From positions 19,034,001 to 19,098,000 of the forward strand of contig NC_092671.1 of the NCBI RefSeq assembly GCF_964355755.1: a stretch of DNA of 64,000 nt, in the 5' to 3' direction. This document shows, piece by piece, positions 27,001 through 51,520 of this stretch. The notes under the pieces are model-generated. The model was given only the letters and a program-made list of their open reading frames with translations, had not been told where the DNA came from and made no database searches. Source of the stretch: Antedon mediterranea. Its lineage: Eukaryota > Animalia > Echinodermata. Position 1 is the first letter of the stretch. Each line of letters starts with the position of its first letter. A program made the position numbers and the translations under genes.

Positions 27001-29485
27001 TAATGTTTGTATTTCGTCCCTAATGATCAGCTTATGCTAGATGGATCACCCTCATTAAATATTGTTCAAATAAAAATGAAATAAATAAAGTATCGTTGGG
27101 CCTGGTTGGGTTCTGAATGGGAAAATGTCTGGGAATACATGTCAATGCTGTATAGACTGAGAGTGTGTGGTGTAGTGTGTACAAATGGGTACCTAGTTAG
27201 GTCAAAGTACTAACTCCACTGATTACTAGGGTAGCTGCAAACAACATTTAATGGAAATATGTTTCCATACTTGCTTAATCAAAATAACTAGGGCAATAAT
27301 GTGAAAGCATCATTTGAACATACAATATAGAAATTGCATTATAATAAAACGCATTATCATTATTATCCTACTACTATAACTCATTGATTCAATTAAAAAG
27401 CTTCAAAGTTTATCTCTAACAGGATATATTCAATGGAAATGGATGACCTTAACATGGCACCAAGTAATGATCTATGTGTTGGTTTGATTCAACTTTTAAA
27501 GCTTCTATCCGATATCATCCCAAGATGATAGAAAAGGAAGTTACTAAGTATATACAACAATACAGGATTGCCTTATTTGGATGACTTTGGTTAAGGCTAC
27601 TGGAGCTTGTTATTGTTACAATAATTAAATACAAAACACCTTTTAGCTTATTGTTGTTTATTGTAATTGTTAATAAATGTTATAATAAAGAATTGTTCTC
27701 TTCCTCTACTACTACTACAAGCCTGGTCACCATATCTACAACAAGACATCAATAAACTTGAGAAAATCCAACAACGAGCAACAAAACTTGTACCAGAACT
27801 CAGAAACTTGCCTTATGAAGAGCGCAGGATACAGCTTGGTTTACCAACTTTACTGGAAAGAAGGGAACGCAGAGACCTCATCGAAGTTTTTAAATTTTTG
27901 AATGGTTACGAAAATATAGATCGCCACTCCTTTTTTAAATTAGCATCTGAAGTTGGTCTAAATATCACTCGAGGCTCAACTTTTAAATTAAAGAAACCTA
28001 GATGGAACTCAACTAAACAGAATAATTTTTTTGATACTAGAGTAATTAACAAGTGGAACTCGCTGCCCGAATCTGTTGTCAATAGCAAGAGTGTAAATTC
28101 ATTCAAAAACAAACTTGACAAATACACACACATACACACAAATGAGAGAAGAGGCTCCCTACGAGTTTAAAAACTCATTGCCTCTTAACTTTACTAAAGG
28201 TAAGAATTACTAAAGGTAAGAATATACTAACTAGTATCAGACATAAACTCATTATAATTTTCTAATTTTAATTGAAACATCTTTGAAGACTTTATTATTA
28301 GAATAGCTTTTCACTTCTTTTTAAAACTTATTTAGGTCTATACTAGGCCTACTGCACTGTGAATATTTTTAAGGGTAGGCCTAGAGTTTAGGCCTACTAG
28401 GGCCTAGCTAGCGGTAACGGGACGATTCGGCCCTGAGACGATTCGGCCCGGGACGATTCGGCCCTGGACTATTCGGCCCGGGACGATTCGGCCCTGAGAC
28501 GATTTGGCACACTCAAATTTATCGGCTTTGATATGCATTTTATAAGCATAAAATAAGCTTTTTCCCCAAACTTTATTTCCAGAGAGACTATGGGGTAGTA
28601 CTACTAGGAATAAAGATGCAATAAAGCAAACATTTTGAAAACATTGTCGAAAATGATCAATTTTTAGTCACGCGAACGATGTAAACAAGTTACGCCCTCT
28701 GTTGGCCGCTTGGCGAATGCACGAAATAAACAAGGTTTTCGAAGTAATAAATTGAATATAAAATTACGTTTTTTTAGTAATTTATTATATATATTATATC
28801 AAAATTGTCAATATCAATAAAATACGGATTGTTAAACACCTTTAAAAACTTGATAAATACCCAAAAAAATGAATGTTAATTTGGTCTAAAGTGAGACGTT
28901 TCGGCCCACAAAGTGGGATGTTTCGGCCCAAAAGTGGGCCGAATCGTCCCACCAAAAGTGGGCCGAACAGTCCCGGGCCGAATCGTCTCAGGGCCGAATC
29001 GTCCCTGAACCTAGCTAGCTACTAGGCTATACTAGGCCTATGTTCATTCAGTTTTCAGGTAATCAACAACTTACTTTAGGACTCAAGAAGGAGGCTATTA
29101 TATAGCATGCATACTATACCAGTCAGTGGTTGAAACTGAACTAGCCTAGTGTAGGCCTGTGTATACTTGCATACAAAGCCTATGCTTCTAATAAGCCTAG
29201 ACATACTCTACCTTAGGCTGGAGGTGGGTTGGTGCCGATCTACCTATTACCTGAGTAGAGGCCGCCTGCATTCGACTGGTCTTAACTTTCCTAGCCTCGA
29301 CGGTAGGCCTAGCCCAAGCGAGGCCTACATTGTGGGCATAAACTATCTTTAGCAAAGCATAATTATATGCCCTATGATATGGTAGTTATTGATATTAATA
29401 CCTTGGCCTGAAACCTGTTGACATTTTTGGAGAAAATACTCCCTGCTTTGCCAGATCTTGAACGAGCACTCCCTCCGTCAGCCAT
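15080..29485 (-). CDS. AMPH: Amphiphysin / BIN1 (N-BAR + SH3), 11 coding exons, ~415 aa
   Basis: Frame-consistent GT-AG exons: 29402-29485, 22627-22762, 21841-21935, 20862-20957, 20430-20531, 19462-19547, 19026-19178, 17796-17979 (donor uncertain, alternative at 17805), 16313-16441, 15948-16049, 15080-15160. Peptides: [40 protein letters not shown], and SH3 VQAIHDY...DELTFKKGD...GWLMG...GIFPENFT. Confidence 0.95.
18060..18195 (-). mobile_element. tRNA-derived SINE fragment
   Basis: B-box-like gagtttgaatcc followed by the common SINE core ...cttgtatcctgaggcaagacac...gtataaatgggtacccgg on the minus strand. Confidence 0.45.
21274..21520. repeat. 19-bp minisatellite containing six exact GGGGATTCCCC (kappa-B consensus) motifs
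   Basis: Unit ttaggggattcccccatga. Perfect motifs start at 21314, 21333, 21352, 21371, 21390 and 21409, with degenerate copies on both flanks. Confidence 0.9.
23280..23666 (-). mobile_element. tRNA-derived SINE with duplicated 5' head
   Basis: The minus strand reads ggcgagtcaaaTGGCCGAGCGGTTAAGGcagggg (A box) and a degenerate B box ggtcagagccc. The head segment at ~23540-23595 is repeated at ~23620-23675. Confidence 0.55.
24144..24420. repeat. 28-bp minisatellite, ~9.5 copies
   Basis: Unit tacagtattagcataggcctagtagtag. Confidence 0.92.
26389..26561. repeat. Perfect 173-bp palindrome (86-bp arms, 1-nt centre)
   Basis: aagcttattagg...gatatttgtt [a at 26475] aacaaatatc...cctaataagctt; the arms are exact reverse complements. 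Confidence 0.95.
26660..26925 (-). mobile_element. Decayed LINE 3' end (CR1/L2 group)
   Basis: Minus-strand remnants KLDKPKTEY...[21 protein letters not shown] resemble the LINE ORF2 C-terminus. Confidence 0.5.
27718..28222 (+). mobile_element. CR1-type LINE, 5'-truncated 3' fragment
   Basis: [26 protein letters not shown]...[14 protein letters not shown]...[14 protein letters not shown]...FKNKLDK, followed by a tandem tail (ttactaaaggtaagaa)2. Confidence 0.9.
28413..29011. mobile_element. Non-autonomous DNA transposon (Merlin-like MITE)
   Basis: Termini GGTAACGGGACG.../...CGTCCCTGAACC, inverted subterminal arrays of gacgattcggccc, and an 8-bp TSD TAGCTAGC (28405-28412, 29012-29019). Confidence 0.8.
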
Positions 29486-31957
29486 ATTTCTAACAACTAA
29501 GTAGGTGGAGTTTTGCTGAAATGTAAAATTGCGCACGCGCAGAACTCTGATGACTAAAGTTGTAAACCAAAAAACAATGGTGTACAGTACTGCTGAGTAT
29601 TTACTTTCTATACTAGGCAAGATGGATTAAAAATGCGGAATAAAGAGGGGACAATAGGAAATAAATGAGGAAATAAGGGTGAAAAAAATTAATGGCCATA
29701 AAACCATGATAAAACATATCTTTTCCTTTCTCTGGATAACTTCCTTATGAACTCATCAGGGAGTTTTGGGATCGACACACAATCTGTTGGTAATTAATTT
29801 TGAAATATATATGTACCAAAAACGTAGGCTTGATCATTTTATGGAGCGACAATCTCCCGGTCATGGGAGTGAAGAGCAAGAAGAAAAATGTTGAAAGCGA
29901 CCTGAACAAGAATGTTCGGTAGCTTTCATAATGGAGAACAATGAAAGCGCTGGAAAAAAGAAAAAGGGAGAAAGTGGAACTTTAGGCAAACTGCAAGCTG
30001 TATAGGGATACATCCTTTTCGCTACGAAGGACTTGAGCACCTCTTTTACCCCCGTAGTATAGAAACTGGCAGACAAATGACAAACATAAGGTGAAGTGTC
30101 AAAAAACAAAACCAGTAAAATACCTTGTTAATACATACTGTCGAGAAGGATTTTAATAACATCATTTTTTATTAATAGTAGTTATTCCTTGGTTTTGTGC
30201 ATGGCATCTACAGTTTCTTTTATTTCAGTTTATTCATACACATTTCTAATACAAAATAAAAATACAGATTCCATTCTTATACCATAGCATCTGTTGTTAT
30301 GTTTGTTAAACTCAATTATAGAATTACTTACAATAAAGGTTTTGAAATAGTGCATACTAAACAGAAGTCTTCTTACACTTAAAACAGATAAATTTACCAG
30401 TTGACCATCCTGGTAACAGAAAAGTGGTTTCTAATTAGAGGGGTGTACATATCCATTTTGCAAGAGGCAACACCATTCGTTACAAACCTAATAATTTAAT
30501 ATACAGTATTGTTAAAATTAAGGTTGATATACATTCAGTATTAAACTGCTTCACAATAGAAATTATGCTAAATAGCCAAACTACATTGCTGCTTCTTTAT
30601 ACTAAAAGGTGCTTGACAATTTAAATAAGATTTGTCATGTACAGAAAGGCAAATCTATACAACATAAACATGCACTGTATGCTTACACAGCACATTGTTT
30701 CAATAACCTTCAAGTTCAACTGTCATGGTGCTGATTTTCAACGATACTGTATAAGGCAGCTGGGTTACAATTAAAAATGTTTTACATTTTACAGTAACTT
30801 TATACATCTATAGATATACAGACAACTCTCCTAATACCAGACAACCTTGGGCTGGCCAAATTTATCCAGAAATTGTGTTACATGTTCTGAATGTGTTTTT
30901 AAATGGTAAAGAGAATTCAGGACCATTGGAACCTCAAGAAATGTGTTTTACGAGATTTTCCAGTATTGAGAGTCAACTTTAGTTGTAAAAATATTCTAAT
31001 GCAATATTTAATATAATTTTTTACAAATTAAATAGAAACAAATCTTTTGGTTTTTAAACACATGTTTGTTTTATTATGCAAGCATACCTATATTCATGAA
31101 TTTATTTAATAAAATTCATATGTTTTCAAAGAATTACATATTTATGTTTATATTACCTTATAAAGAATTTTCTAATCCAAAACATGGACATGAAGTGTTG
31201 TTTATAAGCAAATGCCAATTTGAGCATTCCATTCAATTGAATTCAATGGAATAACGTTTTCAAGATGGTGTACAAATTGGTGTACAAACGGGGCACAAGC
31301 AAGAGCCATTGATCAAAGGGTTAGTTCACACTACAGATTTAAGATTCCATATCATAACATTTTAATCAGCAATGTTACACCAACAGTGTTTAGACTCAGT
31401 AATAGCAAATACAATAACTAACTCATAGTAATGAATGTTAGCTGTTGTTCCATTCGGCTAGTAATTCAGATGCATGAATTTTGTATAATTATGAACACAA
31501 AACTCTGTACCGTCGGTAGGTGTGAATAGGCGATAAGACTCCCTAAACAGCTATGAAATCATATTCTAGTGAGATCATTATATCACAAAATTATTAAATT
31601 AAAAGGCGCACTTATTTACAGCATTTAGGGGTCAAAATTAAAAAACTATACTGTGCTATACTTAATGTTAAAATGACAGTGTAAAACTTGTGTTCTTGCC
31701 GTTTTACCATTTTGGAATACGTTATCGAATGTGATCAAATTTATATTAACTTTTTTGTATTTTCTAAATCATATTCACATATCTACACATCTATTTTGAT
31801 TCATATTAATGTTATTGGTAAAATGATTTTCTCTTTCCCCCACCCACAATTACAAGATCAATATAATTTCATTTAAACTGACTATACAGTTTCATAAAAA
31901 ACCTAAACTAAGTTTATATGACTACTTACTGTACACAATAGAAGAAGAACCAGAGCA

Positions 31958-32195
31958 TGCTAGGTAGAGTCTGTGCAGACAAGATATGGCTGAGGCACAC
32001 TAGATGGAGACCATGGACACTAGATAGCGCTGTGCATACTAGATAGAGCCCAAGCATGTAAGATAGTGCCAAGAAACCCTTGGATAGGATCCAAGCATGT
32101 TAGTTGGTGTTCAAGCCAGCTAGGTAGGGTCGTGCATATTAGGCAGGACTCCAGCATGCCAGAGAGAGCACAAGCATGCTACATGGGCCCAATCA
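31958..32195. repeat. Degenerate ~20-bp tandem repeat in the CUL1 3'UTR
   Basis: About 11 diverged copies of ccaagcatgctagatagagc. Confidence 0.6.
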
Positions 32196-32361
32196 TATAA
32201 TATATATAACTCTATGATGAAAACAATTACCTTCTCACACTGTTAAACCACCAAAAAATTGTTTTTTGGTACGGAAACTACTTTAAATAAAAATAAAATA
32301 TATAAAACTTCCTGGCTCACAGCTTAATGATGAAATGTTGAGCTGGGATAACATTTAGGCT

Positions 32362-45882
<13,521 letters not shown>

Positions 45883-47477
45883 TTCTACTTGAGGAATAAA
45901 TTTGTTACAAAACTATATTTTGTTCCAACAGAATATTATTGCATAATTTTAATAATGTCTTTTTCACAATATCATAGCATTTTGCTGCAACTCTCCAAGT
46001 AAAAACAGTCTGCAGTGGCTACTGGTATTTCAACCGATGCAATCAGATTCACACTGACAAGAAATATGTAGCACCATCTGAAAAAACAATTATCTAAAGA
46101 GAAGAAAGAAAAATTTGCATAAATTAATAAAGAATTCACAATTGTTCGACCATGCTGCTATATAATTAATAATAACCATAATTAAATTTAGGCTCATACA
46201 GTACACTGATCACATTACTTCTGTTGTGTGAATACCAGTGTTAACAACATGTAAATAAACATTTTTTACTTAATTATTTAAAATTTCAGAGCTCAAGAAA
46301 AATATCCGCATTTATTAAATAGACTAGCTATAGTAGTATTACTGTACAATACAATAGTTGTCTAGCTGGTTATGGATTCGTTTTTTATTTTTGTTCTAGG
46401 CCTATCCCTTTTAAAACAGAGAGGAATTCTAGGCCTACCCAATATTGCAACAAGAGGTTCAATATAATTATTATTATAAAATAAAATACTACATTCATTG
46501 ATCATATTGACATAACATTGATAATAATAGAATAGCTAGCTTAAGCTAGTCTATATAATTAATCTTATTTTAGGCTTGGCCCTATGTATGCCTAGCTAGG
46601 CTGGTCTAAGTTATCATGGATGGCCTACCTAGTCCTAGTAGTAGAGAGAGGCCAGTCCTCTCTAGCTAGCTAGCTAAAACCTCTTTTTTCTGTCTGTCTC
46701 TTGCTGTGATGTGGAATCAAACAATGGGCCTAGCTTAAAATATGAATGACTCACTATATTATAGCTAGGCATAGGCTAAGCATCATTTTGGAAGTAGCGG
46801 CGAAGAGCTAGCTAGCGTAGGCTAGCTGGACTATCTTTGATATCTTTTATTATAGTCTTGTATGGCCCTTGTGTGATAATAATAGGTACTAGTTATTATT
46901 AGCTAGGCCAAAAACGTAGGCTACTGCGCGCCGCCGCTAGTCTTTCCGCTTTGATTGATGATTTTTTTAGACATCCGAAAAGAAATACATTTGTGGAGCC
47001 TATTCACTAAAAATATACAAATAGTCAGTTAAATATGAAAATCAACAACATCCACAAACGTTAGGTGTAAACAATTAAGACATAATTTCAACAACAAACC
47101 TTTTAATTATAAAATATTCGTGTTTTGTCAAACCACTTTTTATGCCAGCCTACGCACGACAACGTTTTGTATTTTCACAGTCATTTCATTTCTTTTTCCT
47201 GTGTACGAATATATCGCTCGAGTTTAATGAAACGCCCCCTTACGGATTTCAGCCAGCAGCAGCAACACAACAAACATCAGAAACGACATAAATAATGGTG
47301 TAATATTAATAATGATATAATATTTAAAATGAAACTGGCAACAAAGGATAACTTATTGTAATTTAAAGAGGCAAAATATGTGAACAGATTAACAATTTCA
47401 ACATTTTGATAATATTTTTCTTATTAATCTCATTATCAATTGTATATATCTTATAAATTCACAAATTATAGCAAGCT

Positions 47478-47549
47478 GGTTCTATGGTGTAATGGTTAGC
47501 ACTCTGGACTTTGAATCCAGCGATCCGAGTTCAAGTCTCGGTAGAACCT
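47478..47549 (+). tRNA. tRNA-Gln (anticodon TTG)
   Basis: GGTTCTATGGTGTAATGGTTAGCACTCTGGACTTTGAATCCAGCGATCCGAGTTCAAGTCTCGGTAGAACCT forms an intact cloverleaf with A and B boxes, followed immediately by an oligo-T Pol III terminator. Confidence 0.97.
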
Positions 47550-48070
47550 CATTTTTTAAACTTTTTTTATAAACAATTATTAATTAAAATATATACCTTT
47601 TGAAATTATGCAATAATCCAATAATAATCAATCAAATTTAGATTTTAATTTAAGAAATTAATTACTACTGTAGTTAAAAGGCTTTATTTATCAAACGCAA
47701 AGTCAGCAAAGTCGCTTGAAGTTGAAAAGTGTATTATCAATTTCAGGACCACCCCATCCTATTTATTAGGCCCCTAAATAAACTTGGCTATCGCGGACAA
47801 AACCATATTTTTATTTCAATATTTTAAAATACAAATTAAATATAAACTTTTCAATTAAAGATATATTAAACAAAATGTGTTGAATTTCATATAATTATTT
47901 TTGGAAGTGAATAACTTCATTAAAACTGCAAAATGGCTTATTCAAAGTCTGGTTTTGTAGGCCTACACAAAAAACACCGACAATCAACTAAATTCATTCG
48001 TATCTGGCTTGTTACTGCATGCGACGCATTTGTAGTGCGTGGGCTGATCACAGATACTCGACTTGATATG

Positions 48071-48814
48071 TACGGTGGCCCACAAGTGTCACGCACACTA
48101 TATAAATCATATTCACACAATTAAAGAAGGAATCACACAATTAAAGAAGAAATCACACAATTAAAGAAGAAATCACACAATTAAAGAAGGAATCACATAT
48201 AAACAAAAGAAAGCATGAAAATATAAAACGAAATGCACAAAAATAGAAGAAACGCGCAATTAAAGAAGAGCTATTAAGCACAATTAAAGAAGTCCGCAAC
48301 AAATTCGAAAGCTCCTCGCACAATTAAAGAAGTCCGCAACAAATTTGAAAGCTCCTCGCACAATTAAAGAAGTCCGCAACAAATTCGAAAGCTCCTCGCA
48401 CAATTAAAGTACAGTAATCCGTATGGAACGCCATCGTTGCCTCCGGCAGCAAACTTTAATTCTATTCGGCTCTTTTACCATTACGTTAGGCTCTTTTACC
48501 ATTCGGCGCATTTCTATTCGGCCCATTTACCATTACTTTCGAATTTGTTGCGGACTTCTTTAATTGTGCGAGGAGCTTTCGAATTTGTTGCGGACTTCTT
48601 TAATTGTGCTTAATAGCTCTTCTTTAATTGCGCGTTTCTTCTATTTTTGTGCATTTCGTTTTATATTTTCATGCTTTCTTTTGTTTATATGTGATTCCTT
48701 CTTTAATTGTGTGATTTCTTCTTTAATTGTGCGATTTCTTCTTTAATTGTGTAATTCCTTCTTTAATTGTGTGATTCTGTGTTATAGTGTGCGTGACAGT
48801 TGTGGGCCACCGTA
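48071..48814. mobile_element. Foldback-type non-autonomous DNA transposon with 6-bp TSD
   Basis: Termini TACGGTGGCCCACAA / TTGTGGGCCACCGTA, TSD GATATG (48065-48070, 48815-48820). The ~280-340 bp inverted arms are made of 20-bp (cacaattaaagaagaaatca) and 40-bp subrepeats, around a ~130-bp spacer. Confidence 0.9.
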
Positions 48815-49651
48815 GATATGAATACATACAACACAATTAATATCGAAGTGATACAGTTAACAATTGATTAAAATGCTTGGTAAATCATGTCAATCAATGA
48901 ATTCTACTACAAATATACATTTTTTTGTAATACAATGTTGTGTATACATGTGGCGGGGGATTCATTCGAGGAAATAAATAAAGGCCCCAGCCGTATTATG
49001 AGGAAATTTTATAAATGAAGAGATAGGCGGATAATTCAAGGGTGGTTTGGTCATTCCTACCATGGAGTTGTTATTAGATGGAGCAAGGAGTTGTTATTAG
49101 ATGACTCTAATAACAACTCCCTGTTCCTACTTGGTAGAATAGATTCAACAATGGATTTGTTTGACTTGAGGTAGGCCTATAGCGCGGTAAATTATGTACT
49201 GTAGCTACGGTACCAACAATCATATTAGTTTTGCGGGGTTTTGATAAAAAGACAAACACTAAATACAGTTTCGGAAAATAACGTTTATTATCAAAATTAA
49301 AAGAATGGAATACATAGTTTCACAAAAATAATAATAATGTAAACATTAAAATAATCAAACTGGCTAATTTTAAGACAGTAATAATGCAACTGATTAACAA
49401 AACGTTTAAAATCCGAATCAATTACTCATTTGAAAACGTACGTACCGTATAGATACGCGAACTAAGGTAAAACGTATTTGATCACTTGTGTGACGCCGTT
49501 TCCAACTTTGTGTTGTAAGATATTTTACACAACAGTTAATTTTAATGTGCACGTCCTGTGTGATAAAATGTGTTGTTTTTACACTACACGGCAATATACA
49601 TTTTTGTATCAACAAGTATTTTGTCTAGTGGAGATTGTACAGCAGGCGTGG

Positions 49652-50629
49652 TCAACTGGCTTGAGTACCGTTTAAACAATATCTTAAATTACCACAAATA
49701 CCACGTCTGTCATATGTCCGCTCGTTACCAAGAACATAGAAAACATCAAGATTGCTTAGTGGAGTTAGTTCGCTTAGTCGAAATGCAGGTTCGTTTTTAT
49801 TGATCGATACAGGCACAGCTTTTGGTGGTGAGGGGTAAAAATCTTCCTTATAAGGAGACAATTCCCCGGGTAAAACCTCTCCTGATATTAAACTATCCAA
49901 TAAGCTACAGCCATTTATGTCCGTTGATACAAAATGAGTTTTTGTGTGAAAATCTTGGTAAAATACTGATGAATCACTATCCGTGGGTGAAACTGATGAA
50001 GCTGGAGTAAGATTTGTAAAATATGGGTCATTAAACATAACGTGGTTCTCTTGTGAGACCGAAGGAGATAAAGATGCAGGCGAATCAGGGGGAGAGATCG
50101 GCTGTATTGGACTGAGTACCTTAATGACAGTTGGTGGCATAATAAGTTGTTTCTCAACAGGCTGAGAATCGACCTTTTTCACTCTCGAACGAACAGTGTG
50201 TTTCTGTCCAGGAGTACGCAAAGATGGGTTTCGCCTTTTTTGTCGTTTTATCAGTAGTTCCTCAAATCCATCGACAAAAGTCCACCTGGAACAACCACGA
50301 GCTTCAGGTTCGTTACCGATTGTTGGTATGCGTCTGAACAAGTCCTTTTGAACGGTTAGATTGTGACGCACAGAGTTCTTCCAATGCATTCTATTTTCGC
50401 AATAATACGGATATCTACTCGTTATAAAGTCATAGATTTCTTGCAATGTGGCACTGTTACTGCCGCTTGTTTTTATAGCTTTTGCAATCATTTGTGCATA
50501 GCTGTCTTGGGGCCTACCTTGTGATTCGTTGTGTAGTCCTTGCATGCCTAAATAGTCATTCTCTAACGGAATATTTTCTTTAAGAGATTGTGGTGAATGC
50601 GGTAAATTAAACGAGATGTCTTTTTCCAT
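49652..50629 (-). CDS. Divergent forkhead-box transcription factor, intronless, 325 aa
   Basis: RPQDSYAQMIAKAI...TLQEIYDFITSRYPYY...WKNSVRHNLT...SRWT, followed by a basic patch (KRQKRR) and a Ser/Pro-rich tail. A minus-strand AATAAA lies at 49284-49289. The Fox subclass cannot be assigned by eye. Confidence 0.9.
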   Translation of the reverse strand: MEKDISFNLPHSPQSLKENIPLENDYLGMQGLHNESQGRPQDSYAQMIAKAIKTSGSNSATLQEIYDFITSRYPYYCENRMHWKNSVRHNLTVQKDLFRRIPTIGNEPEARGCSRWTFVDGFEELLIKRQKRRNPSLRTPGQKHTVRSRVKKVDSQPVEKQLIMPPTVIKVLSPIQPISPPDSPASLSPSVSQENHVMFNDPYFTNLTPASSVSPTDSDSSVFYQDFHTKTHFVSTDINGCSLLDSLISGEVLPGELSPYKEDFYPSPPKAVPVSINKNEPAFRLSELTPLSNLDVFYVLGNERTYDRRGICGNLRYCLNGTQAS

Positions 50630-50793
50630 TCTTAAAGATATGCTGTTTTGAATTGAAGTTTATTATACCTTTCAAACTTGAAACTGGTCCACAGTATGAG
50701 CTACAGTCTCGACGCTTGTTTGTTATATTGTTCACCAACCAACATAATTCTCATATGCATTTAATTTAATCCGAACACCTGTATTCATTAAAG

Positions 50794-50820
50794 CATGACG
50801 TCATGAGGAAATTGCGCATA
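50794..50820. promoter_or_regulatory. Candidate CRE palindrome and C/EBP-like site upstream of the Fox gene
   Basis: CATGACGTCATG (50794-50805) and ATTGCGCATA (50811-50820), 165-190 bp upstream of the ATG. Confidence 0.4.
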
Positions 50821-51366
50821 AACTGATTTTATATACTGTATTCAAATGCCAACAATTAAACAAATGCTAATTTGATATTTTTACATAAAAGGAAAAACAT
50901 TAAAATGTAAAAAAGTTTAACAATTCATTCATTTTCACTGTGTGCAAACGGGGCATAAAAAACGCACATACAAGAATTGTATTGTTCATAATAAAAGCCT
51001 TTGTGAACTTAGGCCTATCTGAAGTCGGTTAAACGGGTAGTCGAATGGCTTTACGGAGTTCACGGAGTTCACGGAGTTCGAACCCTGGATTAACTATGTC
51101 AACGAATAAATAATTCATGATTTCTGGATCGCGAACTTAGAATAATGAAATGAATATTATACATTATTATATTATATAGTATTGTATGGGCTTCGGGGAT
51201 ATCTAAATAAATCCTATTCTAATTTACAGCATCCATTTCGAAACTGAAACATCATCCACCTCTTAAGTTTTCAAAGGTTTGAATCGCGAACAGATATCCA
51301 TCTGTAAAAGAAGACCACGGTACTATGTAATGACAACACGCTTTCCTGATCGCCAAGAGTAGCAGC

Positions 51367-51520
51367 GGGACGATTCGGACCAGGGACGATTCAGACCGTG
51401 AGACGATTCTGACCAGGGACGATTCGGACTATACAGACTATTCAGACCAGTGACGATTCGGACCAGGGACGATTCGGACCAGAGACAATTAGGACCATGA
51501 ATGATTCAACCCGGACCAGT
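51367..51520 (+). repeat. Solo subterminal repeat array related to the MITE at 28413-29011
   Basis: About 9 copies of gggacgattcggaccag; no matching inverted end was seen. Confidence 0.65.

Noticed and set aside
29861-30109. ORF between the CUL1 3' end and the amphiphysin promoter
   Set aside because: No recognisable domain, stops in the opposite-strand frame, and no splice support.
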